From a virus (lineage: Duplodnaviria; Caudoviricetes), in the IMG/VR virus record IMGVR_UViG_3300006752_005132, positions 1-30,637 of that record: 30,637 nt of DNA. One strand, 5' to 3'. Both the position numbers and the translations under genes were made by a program. Below are positions 8,650 to 17,502 of this stretch, piece by piece. The notes under the pieces were generated by a model. The model was not told the DNA's origin and did not search any database. It worked only from the letters and a program-made list of their open reading frames with translations. Each line of letters starts with the position of its first letter. Position 1 is the first letter of the stretch.

Positions 8650-9244
8650 ATAACTGATCTGCAAAGTCAGCTAAACTGTCAAATACATAAGTTTTCTTTT
8701 TAATTTCCTTGTATGTATACTTATTTAGCTGTTTTTCAGTTTCTAGACCATAGCCTGTTCTTACGAGTACAGGCCTAGCACCAACTTTCATAGCAGCCTT
8801 TAGATCACTCATTTTATCACCTACGTAAAATCCTCGAGACCATTTCACACCTTTTATTTCTTTTGCACAGCGTTTGAACATGCCTGCATTCGGCTTTGCA
8901 AACATATCATTTTTTAAACTACTTTCACTGTAGTATATGCCTTCAATACTAGGACAACCTGCTTCACCAAATAAGTTTAGCATGTGTTCGTGTACTGATT
9001 CAACTTGTTCGTTTGTAAGCACACCTTTTGCAATGCCACCTTGATTAGTTAGTATTACGATTCGATGCCCTAGTCTACGTAATTTTGCTATTGCTTCTAA
9101 ACTACCTTCAATAGGCTCAAACTGATCTGCAGACTTTACATATGTACCTAAATCTCTATTAATCACTCCGTCTCTATCTAAACCAATTACGCATTGTGTT
9201 GGAAGTGTGGGAGCTGCTGTTACAATTTTATGTTTATCTATCAT
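8648..9244 (-). CDS. gmhB: D-glycero-D-manno-heptose 1,7-bisphosphate phosphatase (HAD IIIA)
   Basis: LDRDGVIN (DxD), TNQGGI, KPNAGM, VGDKMSDLKAA, LVRTGYG; same operon as hldE and hldD. Confidence 0.88.
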   Translation of the reverse strand: MIDKHKIVTAAPTLPTQCVIGLDRDGVINRDLGTYVKSADQFEPIEGSLEAIAKLRRLGHRIVILTNQGGIAKGVLTNEQVESVHEHMLNLFGEAGCPSIEGIYYSESSLKNDMFAKPNAGMFKRCAKEIKGVKWSRGFYVGDKMSDLKAAMKVGARPVLVRTGYGLETEKQLNKYTYKEIKKKTYVFDSLADFADQL

Positions 9245-9809
9245 AGGTATACCAACCTGTTATAATATATTTTTCGCCTTTGTAAATAGGATTACCTCTA
9301 TGTGGATATGTAAACGCTGTAGGAAAGATTACAACTTTTCCTGTTTCCGGTTTTAATTTTACACCTTGATATAAAAATTCAGTTTCACCGCCTTCTTCTA
9401 CATCATTCAAGTATAGCATATAATTTACTACTCTAGTGCTACTACTTTGATCAGATGCTTCAGCATGCCAAGCATGATACCCTTGGTGTGGGCGAGTACG
9501 TTGTACACTCATTCCTTTAGGACTATGTTGATCACTTTGTTTCAACATTTGATATTTTTCCATACACTGTTCAGTGTATACTTCAAATATTTTTTTGTAA
9601 AAATAATCACATAATCCAAAATCATAGTGATATTGATTTTGAGTATGTGCCCAATCAAATACAACTCTATCATCTGCACTAGCTTCTCCGTTATTAGGAC
9701 GTACAACTTGTCTTTGTGCCATTACATTGAAGTGTTTTATAATTTCATCACAGTATTCTTTTTCAAATACATTATGATATTCTTCTATTCCGTTATAATC
9801 ATCTTTCAT
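9234..9809 (-). CDS. 2OG-Fe(II) oxygenase (prolyl-4-hydroxylase-like phage family)
   Basis: GYHAWHAE...MLYLNDVEEGGETEF...IFP...HRGNP...KYIITGW. Confidence 0.88.
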   Translation of the reverse strand: MKDDYNGIEEYHNVFEKEYCDEIIKHFNVMAQRQVVRPNNGEASADDRVVFDWAHTQNQYHYDFGLCDYFYKKIFEVYTEQCMEKYQMLKQSDQHSPKGMSVQRTRPHQGYHAWHAEASDQSSSTRVVNYMLYLNDVEEGGETEFLYQGVKLKPETGKVVIFPTAFTYPHRGNPIYKGEKYIITGWYTYDR

Positions 9810-10621
9810 TGTGCTTCCTTTAACATTGGTATATACTGTTCAGCAATTTGTTTATGTACTTCTTCAGTATAATGTTCGCCGTCTAATGTTTCAAACTTTT
9901 TATTAAAAAATGTTTCAGCATTTTGTTGTGCAAACTTTGTTTTGTTTAGTTTTGTATAGTAATTAGCTGTTTCTTTCGGTATAAAACATCTATTATTGAT
10001 ATTCCAAACGTACATTGGTACATTGTTATTAGTACAAATACTATCACAAATAGCAATATCTTTAAAATAATCTTCTTGTTCTAAATGTGTATTTTGATAA
10101 TGCCACATTTGGAAATACATATGAGAACTACGTCTTGTATCAGGTTCAGATACCCAAGGCAATGTATCTCTATTGTATGGAAACATTTCCCAATCCTGTG
10201 GTTGAGGTTTATGATAATGTTCAAGATATTTGTTATCTACACTCAATGCTATACTCCACCTATCAGCAAGTTCGTCACTTGAATCTTTTTGTAAGAAAAA
10301 ATCTACAGGAAATATTTCTGTGGGATTTAGATCTGGATTAATAACAATAGGGAATCTACCCCAGTATGTACTTTGTATAAAAACTTCGTCAATGTCATCG
10401 TATGTATTAAATGCGTGTGCTAAAAATCTAGGATAAGATCTGTTTCCTGTACCAGCACTTGCCATAATTACACATTTTTTATTATTATTTTTACTGTAAA
10501 ATTCTGCATAGTTGTTAGTTCCCCATGTATTAGGCTGAGTAGATTCTTCTTTGTTTCTACCAGAAAGAAATCCTTGGTAACCCATAGTATGACTACACCC
10601 AATAAACAATGTTCTAGACAT
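9806..10621 (-). CDS. SGNH/GDSL-like hydrolase or acyltransferase
   Basis: Block I-like LFIGCSHTMG at the N-terminus, a G.GN block and C-terminal DGEHY (DxxH). Start moved from 10663 to the ATG at 10621 (MSRTLF), which overlaps the cupin stop. Confidence 0.6.
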   Translation of the reverse strand: MSRTLFIGCSHTMGYQGFLSGRNKEESTQPNTWGTNNYAEFYSKNNNKKCVIMASAGTGNRSYPRFLAHAFNTYDDIDEVFIQSTYWGRFPIVINPDLNPTEIFPVDFFLQKDSSDELADRWSIALSVDNKYLEHYHKPQPQDWEMFPYNRDTLPWVSEPDTRRSSHMYFQMWHYQNTHLEQEDYFKDIAICDSICTNNNVPMYVWNINNRCFIPKETANYYTKLNKTKFAQQNAETFFNKKFETLDGEHYTEEVHKQIAEQYIPMLKEAQ

Positions 10622-10976
10622 TTTGGCTATCACCCTTTTCAATTCTATAATTATCTTCAACACTATCAGGTGTGCTTACCTCAATAATAGACCCTGCTTC
10701 TACGCACATAAGTTGATGAGGTAACATAGGAGGAATATGTTTTGTATCTCCTGCATTTAGTGTTTCAACATTGGTATCTGCTGTAGTTGTATCTATTGTT
10801 TTCAATATAAAGCTACCACTTAGCACATGCCATGTCTCATCTTTTTCTTTGTGCATATGCATGCTAAATTTGGCGCCTTGATTAAAATTTAGTAGTTTAC
10901 CGCAATATAAATCATTGGTGGCAAATATTGTTTCGCTACCCCAACCTTTTTCAACTAAGCCGTTCAGTTTCGTCAT
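10614..10976 (-). CDS. Cupin, mannose-6-phosphate isomerase type II / sugar isomerase-like
   Basis: KGWGSE...YCGKLL...SMHMHKEKDETWHVLSG...IPPMLPHQL...EVST...DNYR, with the complete H-x-H...E...H metal set. Confidence 0.8.
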   Translation of the reverse strand: MTKLNGLVEKGWGSETIFATNDLYCGKLLNFNQGAKFSMHMHKEKDETWHVLSGSFILKTIDTTTADTNVETLNAGDTKHIPPMLPHQLMCVEAGSIIEVSTPDSVEDNYRIEKGDSQNV

Positions 10977-11595
10977 GTGTTGCCGCCTCTATTTTAAAAT
11001 TGGCTGCTATAGTAGCACGCCTTTTGTTTGTTTTGTTAGGTAAAACATAATGTGGTATCCAACTGGGAAATAATATTAATTTGCCAGGCTCTAGCTCAGG
11101 AATAAATCTTTGGTATTGCCATTGATTAAAAATTTGCTCCATTCCTGACGACTGTATAATATTATAGTTTGGACAGTCTAGAACTAATTGTCCGCCAATG
11201 TCATCACCTTCAGGTAATTCTAAAATATATACAGCACTTATTGTACGTCCAGGAAATGCATGGTCGTGTATTTCCTGATAGTCGTGTTCTTTGTAAGTGT
11301 TTACCCAAAACTCTTCGCAACTGATACTATATGGCATCATAGGTTGCATATCATCAAAATACTGTTGTGTATAGGGTCTAATATTTTCAAAAAATACTTG
11401 CCAAGGTAGGGCATCATTTTTTTTACTTCTAATACTACTACGGCAACTACCATATATCCATGTATCTTCAAAGAAGCTGTCATCGTCTAAACAAGGCAAA
11501 AACTCTTTATAAATTTCTTCGTGTGTTTCTACTTTGGCTTCATACATCCAAGTAGGCCACATGCCTTGTGTTTTACCGTTTACAATCATTCCCAT
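10951..11595 (-). CDS. Putative 2OG-Fe(II) oxygenase (TIGR02466-like)
   Basis: WVNTY...YQEIHDH...ISAVY...LILFPSWIPHYV.PN...RATIAAN. The exact start is uncertain (11595 or 11589). Confidence 0.82.
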   Translation of the reverse strand: MGMIVNGKTQGMWPTWMYEAKVETHEEIYKEFLPCLDDDSFFEDTWIYGSCRSSIRSKKNDALPWQVFFENIRPYTQQYFDDMQPMMPYSISCEEFWVNTYKEHDYQEIHDHAFPGRTISAVYILELPEGDDIGGQLVLDCPNYNIIQSSGMEQIFNQWQYQRFIPELEPGKLILFPSWIPHYVLPNKTNKRRATIAANFKIEAATHDETERLS

Positions 11596-12104
11596 CCACC
11601 TCCGGGATCACCTTCAATATCGAAGAAGAATACTTGTGTTAATCTTCCTGTTTCAACACTATTACCAAATCCGGATAACAAACTACGATGTAATAAATCT
11701 CCTCGATACAATACTAGTCTATTATATTTGTTAGCAATAGCATCTTGTAGTTCAAATTCACCTGGATTGGGTTCAGTAAATATTCCTGTTCCTGCTTCTT
11801 GCGGAGCATTTGGAGTAAGATATAAAACACCTGCCCATTGTGCGTCTTTGTCTTTGTGTACCCAAGTTTCAACGTCTTCGGTGCATAACTGAAAAGAAAA
11901 GCTATCCATTTTCCAGCTATCAATTTTAACACCCATTATTGCTGTTATTTTTTGTTGAACGTATCTTTGGTATTCTTCGTCAGCTCCATCACTTCGTACA
12001 CCCGGAAATCCACCTGTTCGATCAAAAGGAATTTTTAATACCTGCTCTCTAACATGATCAGGATTTGCTAAGAAATCATCTATAATAATTAAATTAACAT
12101 CCAT
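11586..12104 (-). CDS. 2OG-Fe(II) oxygenase-like protein (DUF6445-like)
   Basis: IIDDFLANP, FPGVRS, WVHKD...WAGVLYLTP...GT...NRLVLY...LHRS...FG...RLTQVFF. Confidence 0.75.
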   Translation of the reverse strand: MDVNLIIIDDFLANPDHVREQVLKIPFDRTGGFPGVRSDGADEEYQRYVQQKITAIMGVKIDSWKMDSFSFQLCTEDVETWVHKDKDAQWAGVLYLTPNAPQEAGTGIFTEPNPGEFELQDAIANKYNRLVLYRGDLLHRSLLSGFGNSVETGRLTQVFFFDIEGDPGGGWE

Positions 12105-12900
12105 TTACATACTCCTCTACACTTTTAAATTTGTGCTTTACTACTGTACTTAAACTATCTAAGTTAGCACATGTGTATTCTTGATACTGGCCTTTTAGAT
12201 TATCTGGCATGGGTATATATTCAATGTCAGCACTATATTTGTTTGCAATCAAATCAGCAACTTGTTGAAAACTAATAGCATTTCCAGTACCTATATTGTA
12301 TACGCCTTTTTCGTTTATGTCAAGCATTTTTTCATGTACTTCACATATGTCGCTTACACATACGAAATCTCTTTTGTAGTTTTCGCTATTTTCAAATAAT
12401 TTTATTTTACCTGTTTTTGCTTGTTCTGTAAACTTGTGTATAGGACTTGCTTGATTGCCTTTATGATTTTCGTTAGGACCATACACATTAAAATATCTAA
12501 ATCCTTGTACAATAATTTGTGGATTCATTCCGCCTATCCATCTATCAAACAAATACTTACTCCAAGCATATGGACTTTTTGGATCACTAGGACCAGATTC
12601 AGTAAAGTGTCTAGTATCGCCATATACACTTGCACTTGATGCATATTGCATGTTTACTTTATAAGCATTACATTGATTATAGAGCCATTTAGTAAATTCG
12701 TAGTTGTGTAATATAACTTTGTCTACATCAGTTTCAGTTGTACTACTAATTGCTCCTAGGTGTATAACCCAATCATAATCTTTTACCAAAGGTAATTGTT
12801 CCGGATTAAAATCATAGCCTGCAACTTCGTGTTTAGATTCTAAATAAGACATCATATTTTGTCCTATGAATCCTTTATGTCCTGTTATTAATATCTTCAT
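12094..12900 (-). CDS. hldD: ADP-L-glycero-D-manno-heptose 6-epimerase (extended SDR)
   Basis: ITGHKGFIG, HLGAISSTTE, YASSASVYG, YAWSK, RYFNVYGPNENHKG, RDF, YNIGTG, LKGQYQEYTCA; these are RfaD/GmhD-type motifs. Confidence 0.88.
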   Translation of the reverse strand: MKILITGHKGFIGQNMMSYLESKHEVAGYDFNPEQLPLVKDYDWVIHLGAISSTTETDVDKVILHNYEFTKWLYNQCNAYKVNMQYASSASVYGDTRHFTESGPSDPKSPYAWSKYLFDRWIGGMNPQIIVQGFRYFNVYGPNENHKGNQASPIHKFTEQAKTGKIKLFENSENYKRDFVCVSDICEVHEKMLDINEKGVYNIGTGNAISFQQVADLIANKYSADIEYIPMPDNLKGQYQEYTCANLDSLSTVVKHKFKSVEEYVNGC

Positions 12901-12909
12901 CTTAATCTC

Positions 12910-13428
12910 TTAATACACAGCTAAATTAAATGCAACAGTAAATTTTGAATTATCTGTTTCGTTAGTAGTAACCCCATGTTTTAAATAACTTGGAAAAATA
13001 ATGATATGCCCATTTTCAACAGCTAACTGGCATCTATTATAATCATTATCGAAAAAGAAATGACAACTATCAGTGTCGCCAATGTCGTAATAGTAGCACC
13101 CTGAATATGTTGCAGGATAATGACTATGTATTTGTGCATAGTCTCCTTTATCATACTTTGCTATCCAAGAATTACATACGTAACGCAATTCACGCTGTGC
13201 ATAATCACATACTGAATTATATATTTCTTCTTTTAAAGATTCCATCTCACATCGATCAATAATGCAATTTGACCAATCTTTAAAGTTACTTAATTTTACA
13301 GTTTTCCCCCATTCGGGTTGATAACCAAACTCACTTTTAGCTATAGCTGTTTCAACTTCTTTTTGTATAACATCAAATTTTTCTACTTGCTTTACATATA
13401 CTTTAGTAGGTAAAATATCATAAATCAT
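12910..13428 (-). CDS. Putative 2OG-Fe(II) oxygenase (TIGR02466-like)
   Basis: SWIAKY.KGDYAQIHSH...YSGCYY...IIIFPSYLKHGV..N...TVAFN. Confidence 0.8.
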   Translation of the reverse strand: MIYDILPTKVYVKQVEKFDVIQKEVETAIAKSEFGYQPEWGKTVKLSNFKDWSNCIIDRCEMESLKEEIYNSVCDYAQRELRYVCNSWIAKYDKGDYAQIHSHYPATYSGCYYYDIGDTDSCHFFFDNDYNRCQLAVENGHIIIFPSYLKHGVTTNETDNSKFTVAFNLAVY

Positions 13429-14554
13429 TTATCATCCTTGTTGTGCTATGTCCTTCAACTGTAGGAAAAATAACAACCTTAGCAAGATGGTTTCCTACTA
13501 CAGTATCAAACGTATAATCGCCGCCTTTGACTATAATATCTGGCTCTAATTTGGTAATTGCTTGTAAAGGTGTATCTTCTTCAAACACAACAACTTCGTC
13601 TACAAAACCAAGCTCTAAGAGGCTTTCTTTGCGGGTGGCTTGATCGTTTATGGGTCTTAAATCGCCTTTTAAGCGTTTTACACTACTATCGCTGTTAATA
13701 CCCACTATAAGTCTGTTTCCTAGTGTTTTAGCGTGTCTAAGAAGCTTTAAATGACCAATATGCAATATATCAAACACTCCATTAGTAAATACAACAGTAT
13801 CTTCTACATCTTCTTGTTTAAGTATGTAGGTGCCTGCATGTTTTACACTTTCTGTCGATCCTTTGACAGCAATTTCTAAACACTTTTTATGTGTGTATTC
13901 TTTTGTAAGTCCATAAACAAATGCAGCCATAAAACAATCGCCAGCGCCAGTTACATCAGATACTTCAACAGTTTCAACAGGAATATTATACTCAATATCA
14001 TCTATTGTAGCACGTACACTATGTCCTGCATCAGTAGTAATAATGTTGCCTTGCCATTCATCAAATTCAAACTTAGTGTATTCACTATGATTAGGTTTAA
14101 CTAACCAGGCATTTTCATAGTCGTGTGCATAGCGTTTTGGATCAACAATTACTTTACAATTAAATTTATTAATATGCTTTATAATTTGTCTAGCATTGTC
14201 TAATGTGCCTTTATCATAATCACTAAGCACAACAATATCATATGCTGAAAAATCTGCTTGTTTTATTCTTTGTAGCACAGCATTTGAGTCTGCATCTTTA
14301 TCTTCGTCTATGCGTGTTATGTAATGTCCGTCACAAATAATCCTAGTTTTTACACTATGATCTTCTAGTGTGTCATACATTTCTACATCAACACCTAAAC
14401 TTTTTAAGTTTTCGTATACAAGTCCTGCGCCGCCGCTTGTTTCTTTTCCTTCAATATAAGTTATTACAGGTACAGGGGCTTCAGGGCTGATACGTGTAGA
14501 TGTGCCGTAAATATATTTGTCAATAATGACATCGCCAATTACTAATACTTTCAT
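13418..14554 (-). CDS. hldE: Bifunctional heptose-7-phosphate kinase / heptose-1-phosphate nucleotidyltransferase (compact)
   Basis: PfkB domain (IGDVIID...RISPEAPVPV, LSDYDKG, VDPK, KPN..E, DVTGAGD) fused to a nucleotidyltransferase domain (NGVFDILHIGH, VGINSDSSV..LKG..RP, KGGDY, GHSTT). Confidence 0.93.
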   Translation of the reverse strand: MKVLVIGDVIIDKYIYGTSTRISPEAPVPVITYIEGKETSGGAGLVYENLKSLGVDVEMYDTLEDHSVKTRIICDGHYITRIDEDKDADSNAVLQRIKQADFSAYDIVVLSDYDKGTLDNARQIIKHINKFNCKVIVDPKRYAHDYENAWLVKPNHSEYTKFEFDEWQGNIITTDAGHSVRATIDDIEYNIPVETVEVSDVTGAGDCFMAAFVYGLTKEYTHKKCLEIAVKGSTESVKHAGTYILKQEDVEDTVVFTNGVFDILHIGHLKLLRHAKTLGNRLIVGINSDSSVKRLKGDLRPINDQATRKESLLELGFVDEVVVFEEDTPLQAITKLEPDIIVKGGDYTFDTVVGNHLAKVVIFPTVEGHSTTRMINDL

Positions 14555-15066
14555 TCATAATCCATATATATGTTACCACTAATAGTTGCTCCAACAGAGC
14601 CTGGTCGTACATAATGTTCTAAGAAACTAGGAAATATAATTATATCTCCTGTTTTTAATTTTGGTCTAAAATCTAAAGGAAACCCTTCAACGTTTGTGCC
14701 TAAATGATTTTGTATATCTTTAAACATAGGATTCATAAACACAGTTTTTGATTCTTCAACAGTTTCATATATTACAAAACTCCAAGCACTATTTGGGTGT
14801 ATGTGTATATCTTGCCAATCTGTTTCTTTATACTTGTTACGCCATATAGGTCCAAATCTTGGATTAGGTCCAACTAAATGTTCTAAGTTTTTTGAAATAA
14901 TGCTTACTAGATATTCAAATGTTTCGGGTGCAATTTTATGTTCTTTTGTAAATGTACTAGGTGTTTCGCTAAGCCATGTTGGCTCAGTTTCTTCATCACT
15001 TATGTTAATTTTTTCTAAATCAACAGTGTCTATGAATACTGGCACACTAAAGATTTCGTGTCGCAT
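14551..15066 (-). CDS. Putative 2OG-Fe(II) oxygenase (TIGR02466-like)
   Basis: WRNKY...WQDIHIH...WSFVIY...GDIIIFPSFLEHYV...TISGN. Confidence 0.8.
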   Translation of the reverse strand: MRHEIFSVPVFIDTVDLEKINISDEETEPTWLSETPSTFTKEHKIAPETFEYLVSIISKNLEHLVGPNPRFGPIWRNKYKETDWQDIHIHPNSAWSFVIYETVEESKTVFMNPMFKDIQNHLGTNVEGFPLDFRPKLKTGDIIIFPSFLEHYVRPGSVGATISGNIYMDYE

Positions 15067-15707
15067 TATGTTCTCCAGGGTTGGGCCGCTGGTAATGGTT
15101 GAGCTCTCATTGTTTTGTATACAAGTGTTGCACGTAATCCTTTGTAAGAATCGTTTGGTGGATTTCCGTGATGTGGAATTTTTCCTTTGAATAAGAAAAC
15201 ACGTCCTGGCTTAGGATAAACTTTTTTCCATTCGCCGTCTAATTGAATTACAGTTTCTCCACCCCATTCTTCTTTCCATTCTCTGTTTACATAGTAGATC
15301 CAACTAATACCGTTGTCGCAATCACAATCTGAATGTGGTGTAGTATTGTGTATAAATTGCTGACCGTTTACTAATATCTCACCTACTTCTAATTCAAACG
15401 GAATCATTTGTGCTACAGCATTATAGATCATGCTCCATACTGAATCACTTGCTGTAGGACTTTGCGGAGGATAAATTTGTTGTTTGAATGCAGGAACTTC
15501 TGGCCAATCAGGTATAGCACCTACGTCTGTTTTTGGATCTTCCGGATAGTTACTTGTGTGTCCATAAAACCAATTGTAACCGTTAAACACTAAGTCATGT
15601 GTGTGTTCGATTATATATTGAGGGAACAAATCATCAATAACAATCATTTGATCCTGTGCTAAATCTATTCCAGATAAGTCTTTTGCTTCTTTTCCATTAA
15701 CTAACAT
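15066..15707 (-). CDS. 2OG-Fe(II) oxygenase
   Basis: PHSD...IYYVNREWKEEWGGET...PKPGRVFLF...IPHHG...LRATLVYK. Confidence 0.85.
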   Translation of the reverse strand: MLVNGKEAKDLSGIDLAQDQMIVIDDLFPQYIIEHTHDLVFNGYNWFYGHTSNYPEDPKTDVGAIPDWPEVPAFKQQIYPPQSPTASDSVWSMIYNAVAQMIPFELEVGEILVNGQQFIHNTTPHSDCDCDNGISWIYYVNREWKEEWGGETVIQLDGEWKKVYPKPGRVFLFKGKIPHHGNPPNDSYKGLRATLVYKTMRAQPLPAAQPWRT

Positions 15708-17502
15708 TTTCTACCTTTGCTAAAATTCCGTGTTCTGCTATGTACAGATATTCAATGTCACTATTAGCAAGAGTTCTAAAAGCATCATCTAATGTTTCAA
15801 CTAAAGGTTCTCCGCCTAAGTTAAATGATGTGTTGAATATAATAGGAACACCTGTCTGTTTATAGAATTCATTAATGTAGTCATAGTATAATGGATTCTG
15901 TTCTCTTGTTACTGTTTGTATGCGGCATGTGCCGTCAACATGTATAATGCTTGGAATCTTTTCACCAATGCCTGGTTGGCAATTCATTGCATACATCATA
16001 TGCGGTGATTCTTTCATTCCACGCATATCAAACCATTCTTCTGCATGTTCAGCTAATATAGTGCCAGCAAACGGACGGAAGTATTCTCTACGTTTAACTT
16101 TGTTGACATGATCTTTACCGTTAGGATCTGTTGGGTCGTACATTAAACTTCTGTTACCTAATGCACGTGGTCCTGATTCTGAACGTCCTTGAAACATTGC
16201 TACAATATTTTTATCGCACATTAGTTTTACAACTGATTCTAGATCTGTTGTTTCTAACGTAGCATTATATTTTTCAGCTGTTTCAGTTACTTGTTCGCTT
16301 GTATAATCACAAGGTAACCCTAAATATAAACTTTCACCAAATGGTAGTACCTCTTTATTTTGTGATGTTTGATGATATGCAATAAATGCTGCTCCAATAG
16401 CTGTTCCTGCATCACTAGATACTGGCTCAACATATAAATTAATATCCATATCTTTTAAGGTGTCTAAATAGTAATAATTAGCAACACAATTAAGCCCATA
16501 GCCGCCACTTACTACAACGTTTTTATTGCCTGTACGTTCTACAGCATCTAAAATTAATTTAAGTACTTGTTCTTGACTTTCACTTTGTAATGCATATGCC
16601 AAATCTCTTCTATTGTCAAGATCAACAAGTTTATCTTGCATTGTTCCTTCTGGTGTGTGTAATTCTTTAAAAAAGTTTTCGTTTACTAAGGCACCATTTG
16701 GATAAGTTGGTCTAATTAAGTTAGCGTTTGCTACTGTCCAATCTCCACCAGCTTTGTGATATAAAGGAGGAATATTAGCATTAGGTTTGCCGTACGGTGA
16801 TAGTCCCATAGTTTTACCTGCTTCGATTGCACTAAATCCACAATACTGTGTTACAGCTTCGTATGCTTTAACAATGCCTGCTCCGTCATCAATAATAACT
16901 TCGTGTGTGCCTTCTTCATCAAACTTTTCACTAGTCATATTAGGAACATATGCGGCTCTAAATGGGCCATTACCACCTAAGTGTTTCCAGATAGTTTTTA
17001 TATTGTATGGGTATTGACATGTAAAAATACTTTCTAATTCGTATAACATATTATCCCAGCCGTCCATTTGTGCAGGAATAAATGTGCCAGCGCCATCAAC
17101 AATAACTGCTGTTGCTGTTTCAAATCCGCTTCTGTAAAACGCACATGCGGCATGCAGTTTATGATGTATATGACTTAGGTCAACTACTTGCGGATGATTT
17201 AATACATCTATGCTTGGACTATTATCAATTAGTCCTAGTTTACGTGCAAGACCTGTATAGACATCGTCACCTGTAAAGTCTACTTTGCCTGCTGTTTCTT
17301 CAACTGGTTGTGTATGTGCAATAACTAAAAAGTCAATCTTGTCAGTATAGTCTAAAATTTTAACCATAGCTGCATAAGGGCCGCCATCATATTTTTGTCT
17401 ACTTAAACGCTCTTCTTCAATAGCAAATACAATTTCACCGTCTTTAAGTAAACATACGCCTCCGTTGTGTCCTCTTGTAATTGCAGCAATCCATTGACTC
17501 AT
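15697..17502 (-). CDS. O-carbamoyltransferase, NodU/CmcH/TobZ family
   Basis: EEERLSRQK, HHKLHAACAFY, VDGAG, GKTMGLSPYG, SGGYGLNCVAN, SDAG, GPRALGNRS, RPFA, HVDGTCRIQTV, NTSFN. Confidence 0.93.
   Translation of the reverse strand: MSQWIAAITRGHNGGVCLLKDGEIVFAIEEERLSRQKYDGGPYAAMVKILDYTDKIDFLVIAHTQPVEETAGKVDFTGDDVYTGLARKLGLIDNSPSIDVLNHPQVVDLSHIHHKLHAACAFYRSGFETATAVIVDGAGTFIPAQMDGWDNMLYELESIFTCQYPYNIKTIWKHLGGNGPFRAAYVPNMTSEKFDEEGTHEVIIDDGAGIVKAYEAVTQYCGFSAIEAGKTMGLSPYGKPNANIPPLYHKAGGDWTVANANLIRPTYPNGALVNENFFKELHTPEGTMQDKLVDLDNRRDLAYALQSESQEQVLKLILDAVERTGNKNVVVSGGYGLNCVANYYYLDTLKDMDINLYVEPVSSDAGTAIGAAFIAYHQTSQNKEVLPFGESLYLGLPCDYTSEQVTETAEKYNATLETTDLESVVKLMCDKNIVAMFQGRSESGPRALGNRSLMYDPTDPNGKDHVNKVKRREYFRPFAGTILAEHAEEWFDMRGMKESPHMMYAMNCQPGIGEKIPSIIHVDGTCRIQTVTREQNPLYYDYINEFYKQTGVPIIFNTSFNLGGEPLVETLDDAFRTLANSDIEYLYIAEHGILAKVENVS

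Noticed and set aside
10622-10663. Track start at 10663 for the SGNH-like gene
   Set aside because: It lies inside the cupin gene; the ATG at 10621 places the GCS motif at the usual N-terminal position.
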